The notes under the pieces are model-generated. The model ran no database searches, was not told the DNA's origin, and saw only the letters and a program-made list of their open reading frames with translations. Positions 28,575-39,007 of a stretch of 64,000 bases of DNA are shown piece after piece. Every line of letters begins with the position of its first letter. The stretch's first letter is position 1. The position numbers and the translations under genes are program-made. The DNA is taken from NCBI GenBank assembly GCA_965216315.1, contig CBDCFN010000016.1, positions 2,277,060-2,341,059 on the forward strand, given 5' to 3'. The DNA is from a bacterium. Its GTDB lineage: Bacteria > UBA10199 > 2-02-FULL-50-16 > JAJFLM01.

Positions 28575-29087
28575 CGCCGCACGGTCATTGGGACGGGCCC
28601 AAAGAGTCTGACCGCCGTGGCTGCGAACCGCGACAAAACCTTCGCTGGGCGCGCTGGCGCCAGCAGACGTCACGATGACCGGATGACCTTGGATGGTGCC
28701 GGTGCGAACACTCGGCGTTCCGCTCCCACCACGGGCCATTGGCGTATCCGAGGTTACAGGAGCGTCAATAGGACGCTCGGTTACAGGTCTCGGCTGACTA
28801 AAACGAGCGGCACTGCGTGCCACTGCGCCAGCAGTAGGAGCACTACCGCTCGTCGATCCATTGTGGTTGGCATCATAAGAAGCGAGTGCACTATTCACCT
28901 GCGGTTCAACAGCGTTGTTATCATAGGAGTCTAACGCAGCATCGACGATGGCGACCGTTTGGCGCGCCTCAGGTGTGGTTGCGGGAGCATCAGACAGCGG
29001 CACGGAATCGAGTAATTCCGTATTCGGTTCAGGCGCGGCCTGTTGCATGAGAGTTTCAAGACTTGGTCTAATAGTATTATCCCCCAT
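28539..29087 (-). CDS. low-complexity Ala/Pro/Ser/Thr-rich protein of unknown function, paralog B (MGDNTI N-terminus)
   Basis: GAGGAGG SD 8 nt upstream of ATG at 29085-29087; shares MG-x-NTI start, VDAALxSYD, ALASYD and MARGG-x-G-x-P segments with 26689-27369; 3' end overlaps the convergent 27477-28574 by 36 bp. Confidence 0.55.
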   Translation of the reverse strand: MGDNTIRPSLETLMQQAAPEPNTELLDSVPLSDAPATTPEARQTVAIVDAALDSYDNNAVEPQVNSALASYDANHNGSTSGSAPTAGAVARSAARFSQPRPVTERPIDAPVTSDTPMARGGSGTPSVRTGTIQGHPVIVTSAGASAPSEGFVAVRSHGGQTLWARPNDRAALLRTPGPLTLD

Positions 29088-29238
29088 TGTATTTACCTCC
29101 TCAAGTAAAAGGGTGAATTGTTTGAGCACTACTAGAGCAAAGAGTGTGCCAGCAGAGGCATTTAGGAATAAAAGTTATAACACTATGAAAGTATTATGAG
29201 TATCGTACGTGAGGTGGGAGGTCGCCAGGACCTAAAAC

Positions 29239-29275
29239 GTGAACAACGTGAACATATATTGTTTACGTTGTTCAC
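29239..29275. promoter_or_regulatory. large inverted repeat GTGAACAACGTGAACA-tatat-TGTTTACGTTGTTCAC in divergent promoter region
   Basis: 16 bp arms matching 15/16 with 5 nt AT spacer; the left arm carries a tandem CGTGAACA direct repeat. Confidence 0.5.
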
Positions 29276-29333
29276 ACTATTGTGGGCTCAAAAGGAAATT
29301 GCACCTCTGCCCGGAATGGCATAGAGCTGCTGC

Positions 29334-29837
29334 ATGGCGACCAAGATCTTCATCGACGGCTACAATCTCCTCTGGGCCTCCGACACCCATCGCCCCGAGG
29401 CGATTCGCAACTTCGAGCACTCACGCGAAGAGTTGATCCAACGCCTCGCCGGCAGTCCGCGGCTCGCGCGCCATCAAGTCACAATTGTTTTTGACGCGCA
29501 CAAAACGGACGCCTACGACCTGAGTTCAGAAACCATCGATGGGATTGAGGTCCAGTTTACCAGGCAGGGCCAATCCGCCGACAGCGTGCTCAAAAAGCTG
29601 GCGCGTCAACATGGCAGTGCGGCCGTCATCATTAGTTCGGATCGAGAAGTCGCGCGTTATGCGGAAAAAAGGGGTTGCGGCGTATTAGGCTCTCATGAAT
29701 TTGACCTCCTCTTGGATAGTCCACCGGCCAGTGAGGATGACGCCTTCGAGGACGCCGACGAGATCAGTTATAGCAAAAAAGGACCCGCGCGCCGTGACCC
29801 CAAAGCACGGCGTCGCGCCCTCGCGCGGCTGCGCTAG
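29334..29837 (+). CDS. NYN-domain (YacP-like) predicted RNA-binding nuclease
   Basis: N-terminus KIFIDGYNLLWA matches YacP/NYN family starts; 167 aa; basic C-terminal tail. Confidence 0.65.
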   Translation: MATKIFIDGYNLLWASDTHRPEAIRNFEHSREELIQRLAGSPRLARHQVTIVFDAHKTDAYDLSSETIDGIEVQFTRQGQSADSVLKKLARQHGSAAVIISSDREVARYAEKRGCGVLGSHEFDLLLDSPPASEDDAFEDADEISYSKKGPARRDPKARRRALARLR

Positions 29838-29851
29838 GCCTATTCCCTCAC

Positions 29852-30190
29852 TTAATGAACCTGCTGGGCAACGGGAATCGCTAATTGACGCCGCCCGATC
29901 GCCAAGGCCGTGACGAGGCCGCCCTCAAAGTAGGCCCCGATCTGCGCCTCCAAACGTTGTTTGATGAAGCGAAAGGGACCGGGCTCACAACTGAGCGGTT
30001 CCGCGTAAATATCCGCGCGAACATTGGTCATCCGGCCCTCGCCGGTCACTGTATAAGTAAATCGAACCAGCCCATTAAATGAGTAAGGGACTCGAGAGAC
30101 GATTCTCTGTACCCCGCGTACCAGCTCCGCTTGGGTCCACTCCGGTTCGGCAGACTCTATCCTCAGTGTGGAATCGATATGGTGTGACAT
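29852..30190 (-). CDS. hypothetical protein
   Basis: 112 aa; strong SD AAGGAGGG 5 nt upstream of ATG. Confidence 0.5.
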   Translation of the reverse strand: MSHHIDSTLRIESAEPEWTQAELVRGVQRIVSRVPYSFNGLVRFTYTVTGEGRMTNVRADIYAEPLSCEPGPFRFIKQRLEAQIGAYFEGGLVTALAIGRRQLAIPVAQQVH

Positions 30191-30295
30191 GCTTACCCTC
30201 CTTAATGCCCACTAACGTAGCAAGTACCATGCCAAAAAAATCGCGTTCATTTTTTGGACCCAGTTGAAATCATTCAGTAAAGTTATCAACAGATT

Positions 30296-30327
30296 TTCTC
30301 ATTTTGATAACGTTATCAAAATGAGAA
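30296..30327. promoter_or_regulatory. perfect 32 bp palindrome TTCTCATTTTGATAAC|GTTATCAAAATGAGAA
   Basis: lies 106 bp upstream of 29852-30190 start and about 120 bp downstream of tRNA-Pro; no T-run follows on either strand, so operator-like rather than terminator-like. Confidence 0.5.
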
Positions 30328-30443
30328 TGTGGAAACGGGTCATCGCAAATATCCTTTTATTTTATCGATAGTTCGCAGCGATATCTGGAGTGAGCTAGGC
30401 GCAGGAGTGACCTAGGGTGCCGAAATTGTGAGCGAAGCAATTG

Positions 30444-30517
30444 TCGGGGAGACAGGATTTGAACCTGCGACCCCTGCGTCCCGAACGCAGTGCTCTACCA
30501 GGCTGAGCTACTCCCCG
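30444..30517 (-). tRNA. tRNA-Pro (anticodon CGG)
   Basis: cloverleaf readable by eye: acceptor CGGGGAG/CTCCCCG, D-arm GCTC..GAGC, anticodon stem CTGCG/CGCAG with loop TTCGGGA, T-arm GGTTCAAATCC; CCA not encoded. Confidence 0.9.
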
Positions 30518-30725
30518 TAATAATGGGGGTGTGTGCTTCGCCAAGCTAGCTTGGAACACACCCTTCTTACTATCGCGCCGTTTGCCTCGTGCCCTCCGCG
30601 GCACGAGTTTACCGGCTTGATCCCCCAAACCCCCGCTCCTCGATAAGCAAAGCTTTCTCGGAACGACGGCTCGACCGAAGCGAATGATGTCCTAAATTTC
30701 TGCGGAAAAAGCAAAGGAATATCCT

Positions 30726-31700
30726 TTAGGACCCTGACATCACGACACCGCGAGGCGGGGTAAAGGTCAAGTGCCCGCGTCCCGCCTGGGTAAAGGCCAT
30801 CGAGCGCAAGATTTCATGAGGGGTCGAGGTTGCGTCATCCACGGTCGCCAAGAGAACGTAGCCACAACCGGCGTGATACGCCGACCCCTTTTTATAAGGG
30901 ACGGGATGGTATTCGGTGCCCTCAATGACGTACGGATCCCCTCCCTCGCCGGCTTGGGGAATGCCTGCCTGACCCACGGGGGCTATCATGACATTGTCGA
31001 AGGTCCGCGTATAGGTCACACCCTCCGCCGTGCGTCCCGTCACTCCCAGCTGTCCTGCCACCGGGTTAAAAGGGCCCTGGAGAGGAAGACGAATCGAATC
31101 ACTGGAAAGATGGGACGTCCCGCCAAAACGAATGTCGCTGGCCAGATAAACCTGAGCCCCGTCGCTACCTTCCACCGTCTTACCGGCGATCGAGACGAGG
31201 AGCCCCTCGAGCTCCGTCGATTGACTCAAGGCCGTCTGAATATCACGGACCAGTGCCTGCTCCTGGCTGTCACTAAGATCCAATCCCGAGGCGAAGACCT
31301 GCACGCGGTCCAGAGACGCCATGGTCAGCCCCTCGGTATTCGCAACCGTCGCATCGAGATAAATCATCAAGGATCCGGTATCGAGACGGGTGTAGCGATC
31401 GCCCAAGGCTCCGGTCAGGGTCTCTCCCACGATTCGATTGACCTCCGGATTGGAGAGGCGATGGCCGGGGTCCGACATGGGCGGCGTCGACGCTGAAGAG
31501 GCCGGGAGGGTCCGTGCCATCACGGATGTACCGCCGTTGGCACCTGAAGACCCCGCCATCGCTTGAAACGAACGGCTTACCTCGGCCTCCGTCATAGTTG
31601 GCTCGGCCGCTACGGCGGTATCACTGGATACAAATTGTGCTGTATTGATATCGGCCATGGTGCGAACCATGGCGCTTCCTTGAATAATTGTTTCAGACAT
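30726..31700 (-). CDS. hypothetical protein
   Basis: start at MSETIIQ with GGAGG SD; 5' UTR and upstream operator nearly identical to those of 42867-43409; no recognised domain. Confidence 0.5.
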   Translation of the reverse strand: MSETIIQGSAMVRTMADINTAQFVSSDTAVAAEPTMTEAEVSRSFQAMAGSSGANGGTSVMARTLPASSASTPPMSDPGHRLSNPEVNRIVGETLTGALGDRYTRLDTGSLMIYLDATVANTEGLTMASLDRVQVFASGLDLSDSQEQALVRDIQTALSQSTELEGLLVSIAGKTVEGSDGAQVYLASDIRFGGTSHLSSDSIRLPLQGPFNPVAGQLGVTGRTAEGVTYTRTFDNVMIAPVGQAGIPQAGEGGDPYVIEGTEYHPVPYKKGSAYHAGCGYVLLATVDDATSTPHEILRSMAFTQAGRGHLTFTPPRGVVMSGS

Positions 31701-31769
31701 TACACACCTCCATGCCTTATTTATTTTCGTCACAATACTCAGGGCAGTTGTGAATGGCGCCGAGATTCA

Positions 31770-31786
31770 GTGTACTCTCAGTACAC
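31770..31786. promoter_or_regulatory. palindromic operator-like site GTGTACT-ctc-AGTACAC
   Basis: 70 bp upstream of 30726-31700 start; the extended 19 bp match CGTGTACTCT-N-AGTACACG is shared with 43478-43496. Confidence 0.5.
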
Positions 31787-31950
31787 GATATTATATGTTA
31801 TAACTATTTGTTTTTATTTATTATTCTATCTATTCTATTTTTTATGTGATTATATATGAAGGAGTTAAAAGTACACGAGGCGAGAACGCAGCAACTTAGA
31901 ATTAATGCCGTCGATAAGACCTCGACTCAAGTGAGGGAGGCTTGTGTGGT

Positions 31951-32853
31951 GTGAGTGGAAACTTCTGTAAACCCTTAAAAGATCAAGATCCGACCGCTCA
32001 TGCGCTCTGTAACCAACTGCGTCATGCCGGCGTCACGAGGGACACACTCGACCAAGGTTCGACTCGCCCTGACTACCAGAACTTCGGCCGTCACCAACTC
32101 GAGGTCACCGACACGTCCGGTTTCTCAATGGCGCACAATGGCGTCCTTGAAATCGCAGAAATTTATGACGCGGCCCTAGCCGCTGCGAGCCTGGCCTGGC
32201 AGCAACCCAGCCGGTACCACGTCGACCCTCGGTCGCAACTAGCCATCCCTTGGCTCCCATCGACCGGCAGTGGTGACACCTCAGTGGATCGCCAACTAGA
32301 AGCCTTGATCCAAAATCCAGCCGCGGCCCTGCCCACCCATGAACCTCCGGGTAGCCCGGCCGCCCATCGTCAGCTGGCCCAACTCCTTTATACAATCTTG
32401 TTACCGGCACTGAACCCAGGGACAGACCTTGACGCCTACCTCTATGCTTCCTACTGCCGCAAACTCGGCATTGTCGCCCAACCGATAGAGTTGACCCTGT
32501 CCGATCGCGTACTGATCGGACTCCAGCTCGATCCCCAGTGGCCCAACCACCTGACATTTGTCGACTTTACGAGAGGGCCGCGCGGTTTTGACGTGACCCT
32601 CTTTGCCGGCGATTGGGTCGCCATCTCCGAGCGAGAGCTGCTCGCCTATCATTATCTCCAGCAAGCGGCCCAACCCCAGGGACTCCAGCGGGCCCTCATG
32701 ATCGCCCCGCAGAACTACCGCGTCATTGCCGCCGAGGCCCGCTTCTTAATGGAAAACGGTTCGCGTGATCAGGCCTGCCAGCGGCTCCGCGAGAGCCTCC
32801 GCCTCAACGCCGTCTTCGCCGGCGCCAGTCAGATGTACGCCCATGACTGCTAA
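31951..32853 (+). CDS. hypothetical protein, possible Cys-His-Asp hydrolase-like fold
   Basis: ORF 31942-32853; GAGGGAGG SD at 31933-31940 favours the GTG at 31951; ordered motifs ASYCRKLGI, NHLTFVDF, GDWV noted, but assignment is weak. Confidence 0.45.
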   Translation: MSGNFCKPLKDQDPTAHALCNQLRHAGVTRDTLDQGSTRPDYQNFGRHQLEVTDTSGFSMAHNGVLEIAEIYDAALAAASLAWQQPSRYHVDPRSQLAIPWLPSTGSGDTSVDRQLEALIQNPAAALPTHEPPGSPAAHRQLAQLLYTILLPALNPGTDLDAYLYASYCRKLGIVAQPIELTLSDRVLIGLQLDPQWPNHLTFVDFTRGPRGFDVTLFAGDWVAISERELLAYHYLQQAAQPQGLQRALMIAPQNYRVIAAEARFLMENGSRDQACQRLRESLRLNAVFAGASQMYAHDC

Positions 32854-32900
32854 CACACGCGCACCGTGACAAAGTTGCAGGGCTCTGTTAGGCCCAAGGC

Positions 32901-34976
<2,076 letters not shown>

Positions 34977-34988
34977 GAAATAGACACT

Positions 34989-35549
34989 ATGCTGTTAGAC
35001 ATCGTTAAATACCCGAACCCGGAACTCACGAAGGCCTGTGCCCCCGTTGACGCCGTTAATCAGGACATCCGTCAACTCGTGACCGATATGTTCGAAACCA
35101 TGTACGCCAATCAGGGCGTCGGGTTGGCGGCCCCCCAGGTAGGCGTCCCTCTCGACCTACTCGTTATCGACGTCGGGCGGCTCGAAAATGAAGAGACTAA
35201 GCCGGACCCGATTGCCTTGATCAATCCTCAACTTAAGAGCCAAGAAGGCAAAATTATCTGGGAAGAAGGCTGCCTTTCGTTGCCTGAGCTCATCGTCCCG
35301 GTCGAGCGTTCCGCCAAGGTCGTCGTGACGGCCCTCAATCCGGATGGAAAGGAAATTACCCTCCTCGGGGAAGAACTACTGGCCGTTGCCCTCCAGCACG
35401 AGATCGACCACCTCAACGGCATCCTCCTCGTCGACAAGGTCTCGCGGCTCAAGCGTGACCTCTATCGCAAAAAATTGGCTAAGCATGAGGTCATCGAGGA
35501 ATCGATCGAGGCCCCCGCCGTAGCCAGTCGAAAACCTTATCTGGGGTAG
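34989..35549 (+). CDS. def: peptide deformylase
   Basis: motifs GVGLAAPQVG, EGCLS, QHEIDHLNG. Confidence 0.9.
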   Translation: MLLDIVKYPNPELTKACAPVDAVNQDIRQLVTDMFETMYANQGVGLAAPQVGVPLDLLVIDVGRLENEETKPDPIALINPQLKSQEGKIIWEEGCLSLPELIVPVERSAKVVVTALNPDGKEITLLGEELLAVALQHEIDHLNGILLVDKVSRLKRDLYRKKLAKHEVIEESIEAPAVASRKPYLG

Positions 35550-35554
35550 AAGCG

Positions 35555-36556
35555 ATGACGTCACCCCTTCGCATCCTCTTTATGGGTAGTCCCGCCGCTG
35601 CGGTCCCCTGTCTCGATTATCTCCATGAATCAGAACATGAGCTGGTCGCCGTCGTCACGCAACCGGATCGTCCGGTGGGGCGCGGCCGCCACCTGACTCC
35701 TTGTGCCGTCGCGGCGCGCGCCCGCGAATTGGATCTGCCCCTCTATCAGCCCGACAAATTGACACAACCTCCCTTCAGCGACACCCTCAAGCCGCTCGCG
35801 ATCGACCTCGCCATCGTCGTCGCCTACGGCAAGCTGTTGAGACCTGATATACTGCAAGCCCCCCGCTATGGCTGTTGGAATGTCCACTTCTCGCTCCTGC
35901 CCAAGTATCGCGGGGCGGCCCCCTGTCAATGGGCCCTCATCAATGGCGAAGCTGAGACGGGCATCAGTATCATTCGCCTGGTTGAGGCGCTGGACGCCGG
36001 CCCGATTCTCAACCAGGCCCGCACTCCCATCGATGCCAACGAAACGGCGGGTGAGCTACTGACGCGACTCGCCGCACAAAGCCCGGCGCTCCTTGCGAAG
36101 ACCCTCAAGGAGCTCCAAATGGATCGCCTCAATGAAACGGTCCAGGATGACGCAGCGGCCAGCCTCGCCCCCATCCTCAAAAAGGAGGATGGCCACTTGG
36201 ATTGGACGCAGAACGCGCTTCAGCTCAAGAACCGAATTCGGGGACTCAACCCCTGGCCCGGGGCCTATAGTTATTTGCCCCATGAGATAGGCTCGGCGCC
36301 ATCACACAGGGGACCCTCCGTTGACAAGATCCGGCTGAAAATCTACAGTGCCCAAACCGTCACATCACCGGGCCCTGAAGCTAACAAGGCAAGCCCGGGA
36401 ACAATACTCCAGGCGGACATCAAAGCGGGACTCTGGGTGGCCTGTGGCGACGGCGCCCTGCAAATCGACGAACTCCAGTCCCCTGGGAAGAAACGCATGC
36501 GTGCCGCCGATTTTTTACGGGGGCACCCGCTCAATGAGGAGTCACAGCTCTTATGA
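35555..36556 (+). CDS. fmt: methionyl-tRNA formyltransferase
   Basis: N-terminal formyltransferase domain (RILFMGSP, NVHFSLLPKYRGAAP) directly downstream of def. Confidence 0.9.
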   Translation: MTSPLRILFMGSPAAAVPCLDYLHESEHELVAVVTQPDRPVGRGRHLTPCAVAARARELDLPLYQPDKLTQPPFSDTLKPLAIDLAIVVAYGKLLRPDILQAPRYGCWNVHFSLLPKYRGAAPCQWALINGEAETGISIIRLVEALDAGPILNQARTPIDANETAGELLTRLAAQSPALLAKTLKELQMDRLNETVQDDAAASLAPILKKEDGHLDWTQNALQLKNRIRGLNPWPGAYSYLPHEIGSAPSHRGPSVDKIRLKIYSAQTVTSPGPEANKASPGTILQADIKAGLWVACGDGALQIDELQSPGKKRMRAADFLRGHPLNEESQLL

Positions 36557-37206
36557 AACTCATCGCTCCTTCCATCCTTTCGGCCGATTTTGCGAACCTC
36601 GGCACTGAAATCCAGGCGGTCGAGCAGGCCGGCGCCGACTGGATCCACTGCGACGTCATGGACGGCCATTTCGTCCCGGCCCTGACGATAGGACCCATGC
36701 TGGTCGAAGCCGCGGCACGCAGCACGAGCCTCCCGCTCGACGTCCACCTGATGATTGAAAATCCGGACGACTACATCCCCGAATTTGCAAAGGCGGGGGC
36801 CCAGTATATCACCGTCCATCAGGAGGCCTGCCCCCACCTGCATCGGACGATACAGCTCATTAGAGACAACGGCGCCAAACCAGGCGTCTCGCTGAATCCA
36901 TCGACCCCCGTCAGCACACTTGAGGACATTCTCGAAGACGTGGACCTCGTACTGATCATGACCGTCAATCCGGGTTTTGGGGGCCAGGAGTTTATCGAAG
37001 GCTGCCTGCCCAAGATCTCCAAGCTGCGTCAAATGATCGATGCGGGCACGCACCCCGTCCTCCTCGAGGTCGATGGCGGCGTCAAGGCCCACAACATCGC
37101 CCGCCTCTCCGAAGCGGGGGCCGATGTCTTCGTCGCCGGGTCTGCCATCTTTGGCAGCGACGACTATGCTAGCACCATCGCAGCCTTTCGCAAGGCCATC
37201 GCCTAG
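36553..37206 (+). CDS. rpe: ribulose-phosphate 3-epimerase
   Basis: MKLIAPSILSADFANLG..., HCDVMDGHFVP, TVNPGFGGQ motifs; 4 bp overlap with fmt. Confidence 0.9.
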   Translation: MKLIAPSILSADFANLGTEIQAVEQAGADWIHCDVMDGHFVPALTIGPMLVEAAARSTSLPLDVHLMIENPDDYIPEFAKAGAQYITVHQEACPHLHRTIQLIRDNGAKPGVSLNPSTPVSTLEDILEDVDLVLIMTVNPGFGGQEFIEGCLPKISKLRQMIDAGTHPVLLEVDGGVKAHNIARLSEAGADVFVAGSAIFGSDDYASTIAAFRKAIA

Positions 37207-37359
37207 ACCTGATCTGCGTCATTTCATAGCGAACAAAGTGAGCGAGAGGGGGAGGCTCCAGGAGCTTTGCTTCTGGAGGGGGCGACGCAAGCCCCTACGA
37301 CGTCCTGGTGCGTCATAAATCCTGGACAATGCGTCATTGGATATGTAAGCATAGGATGT

Positions 37360-37569
37360 ATGGAGCTCGAAATCTATCGTGCCGCAATCGGAGGACTCGG
37401 ACCGTGGGAACTGGTCATCATTCTCGCAGTCGTCTTAGTCGTGTTTGGTGCCGGCAAGCTCCCGAAGGTGGGATCATCAATCGGTGAGGCCCTCAAGAAT
37501 TTTAAAAAATCAGTCAGTAGTGACGATGACGATCAAAATAAGAAACCGGATGGAGGGGATGCATCATGA
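37360..37569 (+). CDS. tatA: twin-arginine translocase subunit TatA/E
   Basis: GGLGPWELVIILAVVLVVFGAGKLPKVGSSIGEALKNFKK is the TatA TM plus amphipathic helix signature; start taken at in-frame ATG 37360; acidic C-terminus. Confidence 0.7.
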   Translation: MELEIYRAAIGGLGPWELVIILAVVLVVFGAGKLPKVGSSIGEALKNFKKSVSSDDDDQNKKPDGGDAS

Positions 37570-38084
37570 CGGCCAAAAAGGAACGGATAATTAAGCGCTA
37601 TCAAAACCGTAAGCTCTATGACACGAGCCAAAGCCGGTACGTAACGCTCAACGATATCGCCGACATGATCAAGAACGGTGAAGACGTCAAGATTATTGAT
37701 AACCAGTCCAAAGAGGATCTGACCTCGCTGACTTTGACGCAGATTATCTTTGAACAAGAAAAGAAGAAAAAAAGCCTCCTCCCGCTTCCAGCGCTGCGGG
37801 ACATCATTCGCAGTGGACCGAGCCAAGTCGTCGATTTTGTCGCCAGTAAGGCCGACGAGGTCGTGCACTCCATTACCCATGCCCGCGATGAGGTGGAAGA
37901 CTATCTGGATAAAATGATCAAAAAAGGCGATCTCTCGCTCGAAGATATGCGCCAGCTCCTCCGCTCCTTCGTCGACAATAAGATCAAGCCGAAGATCGGT
38001 GTCCCCGGCTTCCAGTCCGAAGTCCATCAGATGCGCAAGAAGATCGACGATCTGGAGAAGAAGCTTCAGCAGTATGAAAAGTAG
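37566..38084 (+). CDS. PhaR-like DNA-binding protein (PHA synthesis repressor family N-terminal domain)
   Basis: RIIKRYQNRKLYDTSQSRYVTLNDIADMIKNGEDVKIIDNQSKEDLTSLTLTQIIFEQE closely matches the PhaR N-terminal domain; coiled-coil C-terminus; start overlaps tatA stop. Confidence 0.7.
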   Translation: MTAKKERIIKRYQNRKLYDTSQSRYVTLNDIADMIKNGEDVKIIDNQSKEDLTSLTLTQIIFEQEKKKKSLLPLPALRDIIRSGPSQVVDFVASKADEVVHSITHARDEVEDYLDKMIKKGDLSLEDMRQLLRSFVDNKIKPKIGVPGFQSEVHQMRKKIDDLEKKLQQYEK

Positions 38085-39007
38085 TGTTCGCAGACCTGTC
38101 TCGAAAAAAGCTCATCCTCGTCTCCGGTAAAGGGGGCGTCGGCAAAACGACGATCAGCGCGGCGCTCGCCTGGCACTTAAGCCAGGCTGGCCGCAAGGTC
38201 CTGCTCGCTACGATCGATTGCGAGGACCAAATCCCCTCCCTCTTTGACCGCAAGCCGATGGGCTATGAACCGAGTCCACTCCGCCCCCAACTCTCCGGCA
38301 TCAACATTACCGCCCGTAAGGCTTTTGAAGAATATGTCGTCCGACAGATCATGTTTCACTCGATCTATTCAGCCGTCTTCGACAATAAATACGTGCGCGC
38401 TTTTATTGAGGGCACCCCGGGCATGGCGGAGCTCATGTGCATCGGTAAGGTCTACGACATGGTCGATGAATACGACACGATCGTGCTCGATGCCCCCGCA
38501 ACCGGACATGGTAAGTCGCTCCTCCAAGTCCCGACGGTTGTTGCCGAAGCCGTCCGGGTTGGTCCTCTGAAGACAAATTCCGAGAAAATTGAAGCCCTTC
38601 TTAAGGACTCAACAAAAACCGGCCTGCTCATCGTCAGTCTTGCCGAGGAAATGCCGGTTGAGGAGACCCTCGAACTGCGGGAATGGATCCAAAGCCATCT
38701 CGGCATTGAGCCAACCGGGGTTATCATTAACGGCCTGTTTACACCGTTGTTCCCCCACCACTCCGATCAAGAACGATGTGAGACTTTTTTCCGCGAACAC
38801 AACTCCAACCCCGTCATGGAAGGCTTACGTCATAGCTATTATATGCGCATGAAACGCTCGGAGCTCCATGCGCACTACACGCAACAGCTGCAAGAACAAC
38901 TTAAAGGGCTCCCAACCGTAGAAATCCCGTTTTATTTTTGCGAATCTATTGGGACAACTGAGCTCAAAGACATTGGAGAACGCATCGAAAGCCATGAATC
39001 AACGTAA
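38084..39007 (+). CDS. ArsA/GET3-family P-loop ATPase (single domain), copy 1
   Basis: GTG start overlapping PhaR-like stop; deviant Walker A VSGKGGVGKTT; DAPATGH switch motif. Confidence 0.75.
   Translation: MFADLSRKKLILVSGKGGVGKTTISAALAWHLSQAGRKVLLATIDCEDQIPSLFDRKPMGYEPSPLRPQLSGINITARKAFEEYVVRQIMFHSIYSAVFDNKYVRAFIEGTPGMAELMCIGKVYDMVDEYDTIVLDAPATGHGKSLLQVPTVVAEAVRVGPLKTNSEKIEALLKDSTKTGLLIVSLAEEMPVEETLELREWIQSHLGIEPTGVIINGLFTPLFPHHSDQERCETFFREHNSNPVMEGLRHSYYMRMKRSELHAHYTQQLQEQLKGLPTVEIPFYFCESIGTTELKDIGERIESHEST

Noticed and set aside
31951-32853. Calling 31951-32853 a second transglutaminase-like enzyme
   Set aside because: Only a loose ordered Cys/His/Asp pattern without the flanking conserved residues seen in 27477-28574; kept as hypothetical
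37207-37359. Triple GCGTCAT direct repeats between rpe and tatA as a regulatory element
   Set aside because: Short 7-mers that could arise by chance in a 150 bp GC-rich spacer; no palindromic or spaced structure
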